Assembly (NCBI RefSeq): GCF_964194155.1
Contig: NC_135906.1
Coordinates: forward strand, 19,840,001-19,904,000
Direction of reading: 5' to 3'
Source: Cetorhinus maximus
Lineage: Eukaryota
DNA length: 64,000 bases
Shown: in pieces, positions 52,450 to 64,000 of the stretch
Position numbering within the stretch: position 1 is the first letter of the stretch
How the letters are laid out: every line of letters begins with the position of its first letter
The notes under the pieces: generated by a model
Told to the model about the DNA's origin: nothing
What the model saw: the letters and a program-made list of their open reading frames with translations, nothing else
Database searches by the model: none
Translations under genes and position numbers: made by a program

Positions 52450-52815
52450 TAAAAATATATATACTTTATTCATAAAATATCTGGAAGAACATTACAAAAC
52501 ATTTCAAAATCGCCATCACAAAAAGTGCAATCAGATTCAACTTTTACACGTGGATCACGAGGTGCATCGATACAATCAACGAATATTACAGTCATTTCAA
52601 TATGGTCAGTACAGACAAAGGTATTGGAGTTATCAACATACATCATGTTGCACTCTGAGGTGCTTCAGTACGATTATAACACAATTAGTATTCAATGCGG
52701 ACATTCATTGTGAGCCGCACAGCCCGAGGGGCTCTCAACAGTTCCCAGCCCCTTGGTGCCCCGGTGGCTGCAAGGTCTTAGACAGCGACCTTTCCCCATT
52801 GCTGCTTGGCTGCGT
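52450..52815 (-). mobile_element. L1/Tx1-type LINE 3' end
   Basis: ORF end AAKQQWGKVAV* followed by a ~320 nt 3' UTR ending tatgaataaagtatat. Confidence 0.65.
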
Positions 52816-53179
52816 TATGAATGCACCTTCCTTGGCCATCAGGTCCTGGGGTGGGACTCAAAACCCAGAGCCTCTGGCTCAGAGGCAGGGGTGCTACCCA
52901 CTGCACCTCAGTTGGAGACTTCAGTTTATGCTGATAAGTCACTATAAAGAAAGTTAGACTTATGAGAATACTCAATCTTCCAATTCCATACACCTGAATG
53001 ATTGTGTGTAATGGAATCTATAGAATGGAATTTGCTGGAAAGTGACCATGATTCAGGTGTTGCTTCTGTTGGTTACAATGGATCAGGTCCATTACCCCTG
53101 GCTTTTACTTTGGAATAAATATTATATATTAATATTCATATATTGTACATGAATATTCATATAATCTGCATACCTTGTT

Positions 53180-53330
53180 TTGATTGGTTAATGGAGCCTA
53201 TTGGGCGTTTACTATTGGTGGAAATGGTCATTAATTATTAAACAGGGCCCCTCGGTGCTGATTGCCGATTGGCTGCCGATGCCGTCAATCACGTCCCGAG
53301 AGGAGGGGGGCGGGTGTTTCCCTGACAGGA
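53180..53330 (+). promoter_or_regulatory. CCAAT-box cluster at the edge of the GIPC1 CpG island
   Basis: ATTGG at 53183, 53200, 53214 and 53268; possible acceptor tttccctgacag ending at 53328. Confidence 0.5.
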
Positions 53331-53396
53331 GACCCCTGGAGACCGGGGCTGTTGAGCCGCCGACGCTGCTGTTGCTACCAGCGCCGAGCCGGGGCG

Positions 53397-53663
53397 ATGC
53401 CGCTGGGCCGCTGGAAGAAGGCCGCTCCCTTAGTGGACAATGACGAGGGCTGGCCGGAGCCCGAGGCGGCCCGGGTACCGGAGGAGGCGGACGGGGAGCC
53501 GGCCTCAGGATCGGGCGACCCTTCCCGACCCCCGCTCCGGCCGCGCCTGGTCTTCCACACGCAGCTCGCGCACGGCAGCGCCACCGGCCGCGTGGAGGGT
53601 TTCACCAATGTCCGCGAGCTCTACACCAAACTCGGGGAGGCGTTCGGAATAGAGCCGGCAGAG
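53397..53663 (+). CDS. GIPC1: PDZ domain-containing protein GIPC1, first coding exon
   Basis: [45 protein letters not shown]; 267 nt; gtgagg donor; downstream of DNAJB1 as in human. Confidence 0.92.
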
Positions 53664-54570
53664 GTGAGGGGGAGGGAGGTGAGGTGCAGAGGGGGAGGGA
53701 GGTGAGGTGCAGAGGGGGAGGGAGGTGAGGTGCAGAGGGGGAGGGGGTGAGGTGCAGAGGGGGAGGGGGTGAGGTGCAGAGGGGGAGGGAGGTGAGGTGC
53801 AGAGGGGGAGGGGGTGAGGTGCAGAGGGGGAGGGAGGTGAGGTGCAGAGGGGGAGGGAGGTGAGGTGCAGAGGGGGAGGGAGGTGAGGTGCAGAGGGGGA
53901 GGGAGGTGAGGTGCAGAGGGGGAGGGAGGTGAGGTGCAGAGGGGGAGGGAGGTGAGGTGCAGAGGGGGAGGGAGGTGAGGTGCAGAGGGGGAGGGAGGTG
54001 AGGTGCAGAGGGGGAGGGAGGTGAGGTGCAGAGGGGGTGAGGTGCGGGGGGGGTAGGTGAGGGGTAGGGAGGGGGGTAGGTGAGGGGTGGGGAGGGGGGT
54101 AGGTGAGGGGTGGGGAGGGGGGTAGGTGAGGGGTGGGGAGGGGGGTAGGTGAGGGGTGGGGAGGGGGGTAGGTGAGGGGTGGGGAGGGGGGTAGGTGAGG
54201 GGTGGGGAGGGGGGTAGGTGAGGGGTGGGGAGGGGGGTAGGTGAGGGGTGGGGAGGGGGGTAGGTGAGGGGTGGGGAGGGGGGTAGGTGAGGGGTGGGGA
54301 GGGGGGTAGGTGAGGGGTGGGGAGGGGGGTAGGTGAGGGGTGGGGAGGGGGGTAGGTGAGGGGTGGGGAGGGGGGTAGGTGAGGGGTGGGGAGGGGGGTA
54401 GGTGAGGGGTGGGGAGGGGGGTAGGTGAGGGGTGGGGAGGGGGGTAGGTGAGGGGTGGGGAGGGGGGTAGGTGAGGGGTGGGGAGGGGGGTAGGTGAGGG
54501 GTGGGGAGGGGGGTAGGTGAGGGGTGGGGAGGGGGGTAGGTGAGGGGTGGGGAGGGGGGTAGGTGAGGGG
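53664..54570. repeat. Two adjacent 23 bp purine-rich minisatellites
   Basis: gaggtgcagagggggagggaggt up to ~54040, then gtaggtgaggggtggggaggggg up to ~54570. Confidence 0.95.
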
Positions 54571-54854
54571 GGTAGGGGAGGGGGGAGGGGAGAGTGGGGA
54601 GGGGGGAGGGGAGAGTGGGGACAGGGGGAGGGGAGAGTGGGGACAGGGGGGACAGGAAGAGGGGGAGAGTGGGGACGGGAGGGGTGAACCGGGGGGAACT
54701 GAGAGGGGAACCTGAGGGGGGAACTAGGGGTGGGGGGCAACTTGAGGGGGGAGGGGGGCAACTTGAGGGGGGAACTAGGGGCGGGGGAACCTGAAAGGGG
54801 AGGGGGAAACTGGGGTTGGGGGGTGGGGGGGCGGAAACATGAGGGGGAGAGGGG

Positions 54855-55260
54855 AAACTGGTGGGGGAAGGGGGGGAAATTGGATGTGGGGGTTGGGAGC
54901 CTGAGGGGGGAGCGGAGAATGCTGGGGGAGGAGAAATGGTGGGGGAAGGGGGGGAAATTGGATGTGGGGGTTGGGAGTCTGAGGGGGGAGCGGAGAATGC
55001 TGGGGGAGGAGAAATGGTGGGGTAAGGGGGGGAAATTGGATGTGGGGGTTGGGAGTCTGAGGGGGGAGCGGAGAATGCTGGGGGAGGAGAAATGGTGGGG
55101 GAAGGGGGGGAAATTGGATGTGGGTGTTGGGAGCCTGAGGGGGGAGCGGAGAATGCTGGGGGAGGAGAAATGGTGGGGGAAGGGGGGGAAATTGGATGTG
55201 GGGGTTGGGAGTCTGAGGGGGGAGCGGAGAATGCTGGGGGAGGAGAAATGGTGGGGGAAA
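54855..55260. repeat. 78 bp G-rich minisatellite, about 5 copies
   Basis: 26-codon periodicity KWWGKGGKLDVGVGSLRGERRMLGEE. Confidence 0.93.
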
Positions 55261-57539
55261 CTGAGGGGGAACTGAAGGCGGAGGGGGGAAACTGGGGGGG
55301 GGCGGACGCGGAGGAGGTGGGAAACTGAGGGGTGGGGGAGGTGAAAGTGAAATGGGGCTTTGTCTCACAACTTCAAACTCCATATGGTATTGTAAATGAG
55401 TCTTTATTTCCAGCCAGTGAGAATGGAAAAGGAAGAGTTTCTGAGACAGTATGGCTGATCATCTGCTTTAACCCTTGTTTCCTCTAGTGTAAAGAAATAT
55501 TATTTAATCTCAATCTTAAATATGCTTAATGACTGAGTATCCTCAGCTCTCTGGGGTAGAGGATTCCATTGATTCACAACGGTCTGAGTGAAGAAATTGC
55601 CCCTCGACTCAGCCCTAACTGGCTGGCTCTTTATCCTGGGGTTATGCTCAGGCCTGACTCTCCAGACAGATGGAATAGCCTCTCAACATCTGCCTTGGAA
55701 GGAAAGGGGTTTACCCAGAGCAGTGTTGTCAAAGCAGCATCAATGAAAACGAAATGCTTGCTGCTTGGGCATTAGGCATTGCTGTGGAATGCAGCTACAA
55801 ACCAGCCTGCCAAGGGAACCTTTTCAAACGGCACATTCGTCCTGGAATGTTGGCTTGAATATCCTGGTCCTGTAGGTGTGGAACCATGCTCACTCTTCAC
55901 AACAAATGTAACACTCATCCGAAAGGGCGAAGAAAATGAAAAAATTCTTCTACCCTCCCCAGATTCTCTGGGACTACAACCATGTCCCAGAATGGAGAAC
56001 GCGCCTAGTACACGTTGAAGAGTGCCGCAGGTGCAGGCGAGCTAAGTTGATCATCTTTGCAGCAAGTGGGAAAGCAAACCTTTAGATTTAACTATCCCCA
56101 GAGAACAGACAATCAACAACAGCATCTCCCAAACAACATTTCACCAGCCTCAGGTACAAAGTGGGGTGCCACCCTGCTGTGCCAGTCTTCCAGTAGATTC
56201 GATGCTGGTTTGAATTGGTTGGGTTTTTGCCTGTTGGGGCACATGGCTGTAATCTAAACATTACAAATAGATTCATTATTCGGATTAGTCTCGCCAGGTC
56301 TTGTAACTTTCTGCAGTGTAGCATATAGTACTCCATCTTACCACCTTTATGACAACATCTCACATTTATACAGTGCCTTTAATGTAGTCAAACACCCTGG
56401 GATGCTTTACAGGAGTACTTATAGGAACATAGGAGCAGGAGCAGGCCCTTCAGTCCATTGAGTCTGCTCCGCCATTCTGACAGATCGTGGCTGGTCATCT
56501 ACTTCTATTCCGTTTCCCCCCACTATCAAACAGCACTGAGCCATATAAGGAGATTATTAGGACAGCTTGTTCAAAGAAGTAGGTTTTATGGAGCTTATTA
56601 AAGGAGGAAAGAGAAGTTTAGGGAGGGAAATCCAGAGCTCGGGGCCTTAGAAACTGAAGATGGGGCTGCCAGTGATGGAGTGGTGAAAATCAGGGAAGTG
56701 CAAGGATTAGAGGACTGCAGAGATCTCGGGCGGTGATTGTTATGGTCTGTATGTCATCCAGCTATGAAATTTTCTTACAAAAATATTGAAGGATGAACAG
56801 GATTTTGCAGTTTATTACGTCTGACCTGACTTACCGATCTAGTTTCCACACAGATTTTCCATTGTGTGCCTTGCTAGTATTGGACATTGACTGTTTTTAC
56901 AAGTTTATTATTTTGAGATAGCACAGTGTGTTTATTCAGCAGGGCAGTTCACAAGGCAGCTGCACGTTCTGGTGTGCAGCTGCTGTACTGTGGCGCTGAG
57001 TGTCTGAGTGATGCAGTAGAGGAGCTTGAAATCCTAAGGGAAAGGTGGTTAAAAAGCACAAACAGCAGTGGAGTTAGTCCCTCGGTTAGAGACCAATGAA
57101 GAGAGCAATTGCTAGTGTCCTTGTTCTTCCTGGGGTAGTGAATTTCAGCAGCAACATTACTGGGGTGCTACAGTAGCCTCATGGGAGGGAAAAAATGGTG
57201 CAGCCCAGTGATCCCGTGCTGAATATCGGGCGGGTATCAGGTGAGGATACGTGAGCGTGGCTTTATCCCTTGAGTATCAAAGGCTGTAGGGTGATCAAAT
57301 CGAGGTGTTTAACATGAGAAATGGATATTTGAGCGGAGGGAAATCGAGGGAAACTCTGGTGGGAGGAATCCAGAACAAGGGGGCATAACCTTCTAGTTAG
57401 AGACAGGCTGTTCAGGAAGGGAATCAGGAAGCACTTCTTCACTCTCAGGGTGGTGGAAGTCTTGAACACTCTGCTAAAGTCCTGTGGATACCCTGATCAA
57501 CTAGAATTTCAGTAAAAGCCTGTCGATTGCGGTCTGGAT

Positions 57540-58385
57540 AAAGTAGGGGAAAGTAAGTTGTCCAGAGGAGGTAGAGAGTCTGCAAAGGGATATGGAAAGG
57601 TTAAGTGACAAAGATTTGACAGATGGAGTTCCATGTGGGGGAAAATATGAACTTGTCCACCTTGGCAGGAAGAATGGAAAATCAGTATACTATTGAAATG
57701 GAGAGAGATTGTAGAACTAGGTGGCACAGAGGGATCTGGGTGTCCTGGTACATGGAATCACAAAAAGTTAGTATGCAGGTACAGCAAATGATTAGGAAGG
57801 CCGATGGAATGTTGGTGTTTATTGCAAGGGGAATGGAATATAAAAGTAGGGAAGTTTTACTGCAGCTGCACAGGGCATTGGTGAGACCACATCTGGAGTG
57901 CTGTACAGTTTTGATCTCATTTGAAAAAATATATATAGTTGCATTTGAAGCAATTTAGGGAAAGTTCACTTGACTCATTCCTGGGATGAGGGGCTTATCC
58001 CATGAAGAAAGGTTGGACAGGTTGGGCCCATACCCAATGGAGTTTAGAACAATGAGAGGTGATTTTATTGAAATATATAAGATCTTGAGGGGACTTGACA
58101 GGATGGATGCTGAAAGGATGGCTACCCTTGTGGGAGAAACTAGAACCAGGGGACACAGTGTAAGAAGTCTACCATTTAAGGTGGAGATGAGAATTTTCTT
58201 GTTCCTGAGGGCCGTTAGTCTCTTCCCCAGAGAGCAGTGGAGGCTTGGTCATTGAATATATTCAAGGCTGAATTAGACAGATTTTTGGTTGATAAGGGAG
58301 TCAAGGGTTACAAGGGGCAGATGGTAAAGTGGAGTTGCGATCAGCCACGATCTTATTGAATGGCAGAGCAGGCTCAAAGGGCTTG
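57540..58385 (+). mobile_element. Decayed CR1 LINE 3' part
   Basis: ARGMEYKSREVLLQLHRALVRPHLE and LSHEERLDRLG. Confidence 0.85.
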
Positions 58386-59320
58386 AGATGAGATGTTAAA
58401 CCAAAGCTCTTTCTGTGCTCCCGGAGCAGGACAGTTCTCTGTGCGTGCTGGCCAATGTATCCCTCAGCCGATATCAATAGCTATGCACAGAGATGGATGT
58501 TGTATTTGCCTAGGCTACAGTGAATAGATTTCCAATAAAGGTCACTGGCTGTGAAAGGCTTTGAACCACTTTGGTCTTTCTTTCCCTTTCAACCCAGGAT
58601 GACCTCAATCTGGTGTTAGAGGCCCACATGGGAGCTTTATCCTTTCACTGTACTAAACTTCTGAAATGTCATTTTTTAAATGAGGTGTTGGGGATCTGGA
58701 ATGACAGGTGAAATTAGTGCTTTATTAAAGGCCTGTACTAAAACTGAGCTAGTCAGCTTAAGTACTTTTTTCAAATTAATAAAGGGTTCGATAAGGCGGG
58801 TGTAGAGATGTTTCCACTTGTCAGGGAGTCAGTGTAAAGATTGTTACTAATAAACCCAGTAAGGAATTCAGGAGAAGCTTCCTTATCCCGAGAGTGGTTA
58901 GAATATATAACTCACTACCACGGAAAGTGGTTGAGGTGAATAGTATAGATGTATTTAAGGGGAAGCTGGATAAACACACAAGGGAGAAATGAATAGGAGG
59001 ATACACTGATGGGGTGAGATGAAGTAAGGTGGGAAGAGGTTCATGTGGAGCATAAAGGCAAACGTAGACCAATTGAGCCAAATGCCTGTCACCGGACTGT
59101 AATTTCTGTGGGATTCTATGCAGTTCAGTGTAACCAAAACCTCAACCAGTTTGATGTAATCCCAGGTTAGGAGGAGTCCTTCCCTAGTCTGTAGGGCCTA
59201 TTATTAATTGCTTTTATTTTGGACGAACCAACCTCCCCTATCTGTGGACGTGTGACACACTCCCCCGCACCCCCCCCCCCTGCCGCCACACACACACACA
59301 CAAGACAATACCCTGCATTT

Positions 59321-60189
59321 ATAAAAACAAAAAACTGCGGATGCTGGAAATCCAAAACAAAAACAGAAATACCTGGAAAAACTCAACAGGTCTGGCAGCA
59401 TCGGCGGAGAAGAACAAAGTTGACATTTCGAGTCCTCGTGACCCTTCAACAGAACTAAGTAAAAATAGGAGAGGGGTGAAATAAAGCTGGTTTAAGGTGG
59501 GGGGTGGGGGTGGGGGTGGGGGGGAGGGTGGTTGTAGGGACAAGCAAGCAGTGATAGGAGCAGATAATCAAAAGATGTCACAGACAAAAGAACAAAGAGG
59601 TGTTGAAGGAGGTGATATTATCTAAAAGAATGTGCTAGTTAAGAATGATTGACAGGACACGCAAGGTACAGATAGCTCTAGTGGGGGTGGGGTGAAATAA
59701 GACTAAAAGGGCATAAAAGGTATAGATTTAAAAATAATGGGTCCTTTTGTTTTTTCCAATAATTTATATAGATTTTTCTTTTCCCACCTATTTCCATTAT
59801 TTTTAAATCTATACCTTTTATGCCCTTTTGGTCTTATTTCCACCCCACCCCCACTAGAGCTATCTGTACCTTGCGTGTCCTGCCATCTATTCTTAACTAG
59901 CACATTCTTTTAGATAATATCACCACCTTCAACACCTCTTTGTTCTTTTGTCTGTGACATCTTTTGATTATCTGCTCCTATCACTGCTTGCTTGTCCCTA
60001 CAACCACCACCCCCCCCAACTTCTCTCCCCCCCCCACCGCCAACCTTAAACCAGCTTATATTTCACCCCTCTCCTATTTTTACTTAGTCCTGTTGAAGGG
60101 TCATGAGGACTCGAAATGTCAACTTTGTTCTTCTCCGCCGATGCTGCCAGACCTGCTGAGTTTTTCCAGGTATTTCTGTTTTTGTTTTG
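59321..60189. mobile_element. Fold-back PLE (about 400 bp inverted arms) in a GIPC1 intron
   Basis: Left arm to ~59740, spacer ~50 nt, right arm ~59794-60189; TSD aataccctgcattt / aataccttgcattt at 59307-59320 and 60190-60203; hammerhead-like motifs at 59418-59456 (-) and 60086-60124 (+). Confidence 0.88.
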
Positions 60190-60254
60190 AATACCTTGCA
60201 TTTGGTCGATATGAACCAGCCTAACCACGCATGTCTTGCTGTGTTACTCCACAG

Positions 60255-60440
60255 ATCATTTTCTGCACTCTGAACACCCACAAAGTGGACATGGATAAAC
60301 TGCTGGGTGGGCAGATTGGCCTCGAAGATTTCATCTATGCTCACATCAAAGGGCAGAAGAAAGAAGTGGAAATCTACAAGTCGGAAGACGCATTGGGATT
60401 GACCATCACTGACAATGGTGCAGGCTACGCATTTATCAAG
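60255..60440 (+). CDS. GIPC1: GIPC1 second coding exon (end of GH1, start of PDZ)
   Basis: [62 protein letters not shown]; 186 nt; canonical splice sites; no further exon seen before 64000. Confidence 0.96.
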
Positions 60441-63299
60441 GTAGCTCTTGGAGTCATCTTTGAGTGAAGTTGTGGGGTTAGTGCACTGTCCTCTCATCTT
60501 GCATTCCTGAGTAATTAAGTGAATTATACATATGAAGCCCACGAGCTATGAATTTGGACATTTGACTTCTATTATTTGTAAATGTCCTCATTGTACAACA
60601 TTAGCTAGGATGGATAACTAGCCTATGCCTAACAGTGGGTCTCCTCCAAGCAAGTTATTGACACACTCCCTTTGTAACACACACTTGTATTCTGCTGCTG
60701 AGGTACAGCAGTGTTTGTTTTCTCACCCAAAAGGTGGCACCTTTGACAGTGCGGCACTCCCTCAGTACAGTGCTGGGAGTGTCAGCCTCGATTTTGTGCT
60801 CGATCTCTGAACGTAAGAGATGGGAACAGGGTTGGACTATTTGACCCATTGAGCCTACTCCGCCTTAAATGTATTCAATGACGGAACATCCACAACCCTC
60901 TGGGGTAGAGGATTCACAACCCTATGAGTGAAGTAATTTCTCCTCATTTCGGTCCCAAATGATCGGTCCCTTGCCCTGAGACTGTGCCCCCCCCGCCCTG
61001 TGTTCTAGATCCCCCAGCCAGGGGAAACAACCTCTCTCTATCTGTCCTGTCGAGCCTCTTCATAATCTTGATTGTTTCAATGAGATTGCATCTCATTCTT
61101 TGAAACTCCAGAGAATATAGACCTTATTTACTCAGGTTCTCATCGTAGGGCAAGCCTCTGAGGTGGGGCTTGATCCTGCAACAGGTGAGCGTGCCACCTA
61201 ATGAGTCAAAGCTGACAACAGTAGTGAATTCCCCAGCACGAACATTGATTTGGGGATCCACCCAGACTTAGAGGGAGTAGTCATGCAGGTTTCGCAGGTC
61301 TAACTGGCACTGATTCTTCAGGGATGGATAGGGTTAGGAAAGGTGAAAGACCTTTTAAATAAAAAAAAAGAGACAGACAGAAAGTTGTAACTATTCTGCC
61401 AGTTTTGAGGGGTCGCTAGTGTGACCGAAGAGGATTCACCACCCACCCCACCCCATCCCAAGAAAAGCCATGGAAAGATTCTTTCTTGTAATTCAGTCAG
61501 ATTAAGAGGGCGCAGGTTTAAGATTATTGACAAAAAAGCTAAAATGCAGTTAATTGCTATGATCTGGAACGTGCTCCTGAAAGGGTGATGGAAGCAAGTT
61601 CAGTTGTAACTTTCAAGAAGTAACTGAACATATACTGGAAAAGAAAACAATCAGCAGGGCTATGAGAAAAAGCAGGAGGAGCAAAACTAATTGGATAGAT
61701 CTTTCAAAGACCTGGCACTGGCACGATGGGCAGAATGGCCGGCCTCCTTTATTTGTTATATGATTTGCAAATTGGTCACATTACCAGACTAACTCGATAC
61801 TGCCGTAACTAGGACTAGTCCCTAAGACTGTGTTGCCTTGAGGGAGGAGGCAAACCGCATAATTCAAACAAAAATGTGCCATGTGATTTGCTCTGGCATG
61901 CGAGTGACTCCTTAGCTGCTTCTGACTTGAGATGGCATTTAATCAAATCCATAAACCCCAACAGCCGGCCCCCTCCCCCAGCCGGTTCGCTGTTTCGGAG
62001 AAGTGTAGAATTTTATTCAGCTCCTGCATTAAGAAAGAATAATCACACAATTTAAATATTAATGGAATATGTAGTCTTAGTTGTTGGGACTATAAGGAGT
62101 TCTGATTCTCTGCTCAGGGCACTAGGACTGTCTTAGGGAGGCACAGAGTAGGTTGAGTAGCTGCAGAATGCTTTTCTATTTGTTACCTTGGGAAACACTT
62201 AAGGTTATAAGGGAGCTAAGGATCACTGAGTTTAGTCTAAGAGATGCCAGCAAAGACCGATTTAGAATAAAAAGGTTACATTGACTTCTCCCAAACTTCA
62301 GCCATTGCTGATTTGAATGTAGGAATAGGCCATTCAGCCCCCTGAGCTTGTTCCGCTATTCGGTTAAGTAATGGCTGACCTGTGTCTTAACCCATTTATC
62401 TGCTTTTGTGCTGTATCCTTTCGATGCTCTTCTTGACAAAAGAAAACTTATTAATCTCGGTCTTGAAAATTTCAATTGACCCTCAGCATTCACAGCCTTT
62501 TGGGGCAGTGAGTTTGAAGCTGTCTCAGAATATTTGTCCCAGTGCGCTGTTCTACCTCCCTGCATCCTCTGGGTATTAGGGGCTCATTTCACTGTCCCCT
62601 CTGCACCACAAAACTTGAAAACCGTTTACCTTCCTCAGTCTCATTCCCCCAGGTACAGCCTAAAGGCTTTTTAAAACCCATTGCCAGATCACCTGATTTA
62701 ACTCCTGTCCTCTCCTTCCTGTGATGCAGTGATTCTCGGCTCCGTCACTCAGTTTTCTGAGTTGTATGAGAGCGACTCTGGAGTGACTATCTCTGATGCA
62801 CCCTGCTTTCTCACCTGGCCTCGGCTCACTTTCTCCCATAGTGGAATGGCTGAGGCAGTCACGGTCGTGTTGTGCTGTGGGGAGGGCGTTGGTAAGAGTA
62901 TGTAGCAGGGGTTGGAGACAACAGGGGTAAGACGTTGATCAGCCAAACAAAGTTATAAAGAACTTTTTAAGCTTTGATTGGGTCATTGAAAGGGATGCAT
63001 TATTTTTGCTGGGAGTTAAAAATGATGCGTCCCAGATTTTTTGGAGAGTTGGGGAAGATGAGGAAGACATCAGTGTTCCTGAGAACACTGATGGGAAATC
63101 GCTGCATAGTCTAGAGTTGGACAGGGTGGCACAAAACTCATCTGCTTCTGACTGGTTGCAAATTATGTAGTTGATGCTGCACTTTGTCACTAGATGGAGA
63201 TGCTGTATGTGAAACAAGGTGGGGTTCTTGCAAGGGATCCTACCACCATCAGTGTTGGATCTGCAAGGCACCCATACATCACCACAGTGTTAGAGGATG

Positions 63300-64000
63300 G
63301 CAGGCCTGTCCCCACCAGCACTGTACCCCAGTGGTACACAGCGACAGACCCATCCCCACCAGCACTGTACCCCAGTGTTATACAGGGACAGACCCATCCC
63401 CACCAGCAGTGTATCCCAGTGTTATACAGCAACAGACCCATCCCCACCAGCACAGTACCCCAGTGTTATACAGTGACAGACCCGTCCCCACCAGCACTGT
63501 ACCCCAGTGTTATACAGTGACAGACCCGTCCCCACCAGCACTGTACCCCAGTGTTATACAGTGACAGACCCATCCCCACCAGCACTGTACCCCAGTGTTA
63601 TACAGCGACAGACCCATCCCCACCAGCAGTGTATCCCAGTGTTATACAGGGCCAGACCCATCCCCACCAGCACTGTACCCCAGTGTTATACAGTGACAGA
63701 CCCATCCCCACCAGCACTGTACCCCAGTGTTATACAGTGACAGACCCGTCCCCACCAGCAATGTACCCCGGTGTTATACTGGGACAGACCCATCCCCACC
63801 AGCACTGTACCCCAGTGTTATACTGGGACAGACCTGTCCCCACCAGTACGGATCCCCAGTGTTATAGAGTGACAGACCTGTCTCCACAATACTGTATACC
63901 AGTGTTATACTGGGACAGACCTGTCCCAACCAGTACTATACCCCAGTGTTATACAGTGACAGACCTGTCCCCACCAGTACGGTACCCATGTTATACAGTG
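63300..64000. repeat. 44 bp minisatellite running off the window end
   Basis: gacagacccatccccaccagcactgtaccccagtgttatacagt; period 44. Confidence 0.95.

Noticed and set aside
53505-55383. 418, 202 and 181 aa extensin-like ORFs
   Set aside because: Translations of G-rich minisatellites in the GIPC1 intron
39235-60440. Alternative identity as the paralogous pair DNAJB4-GIPC2
   Set aside because: GGRNPFD.FFGQRNGEE, the 340 aa length, [15 protein letters not shown] and linkage to C19orf67 fit DNAJB1-GIPC1
63184-63740. PTSTVPQCY repetitive mucin-like ORFs
   Set aside because: 44 bp repeat (not a multiple of 3) inside a GIPC1 intron

Overview
Vertebrate genomic DNA, most likely a shark or other elasmobranch (inferred from the CR1, Deu-domain SINE, Tx1 and Penelope repeat content). 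Three genes that are also neighbours on human 19p13.12 can be rebuilt exon by exon. They are a C19orf67/UPF0575 orthologue (minus strand, 6 coding exons, 417 aa), DNAJB1/Hsp40 (plus strand, 3 coding exons, 340 aa) and the first two coding exons of GIPC1 (plus strand, continuing past the window). Bases 1 to ~5.3 kb look like the long 3' UTR of an unidentified convergent plus-strand gene. The most striking non-genic signal is a set of Penelope-like retroelement (PLE) insertions. Several are fold-back (inverted-repeat) structures with 10-15 bp target-site duplications. They carry two distinct minimal hammerhead-ribozyme motifs, one with a recurring non-canonical CUGUUGA core. Also notable: a CpG-island promoter at ~25.2 kb with a perfect 4-unit heat-shock element plus an RFX X-box, 14 kb upstream of the DNAJB1 ATG; a possible unannotated divergent transcript from it; and minisatellites directly abutting each CpG-island exon. 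All calls are by eye. Gene names come from remembered protein sequences, and repeat boundaries without TSDs are approximate.
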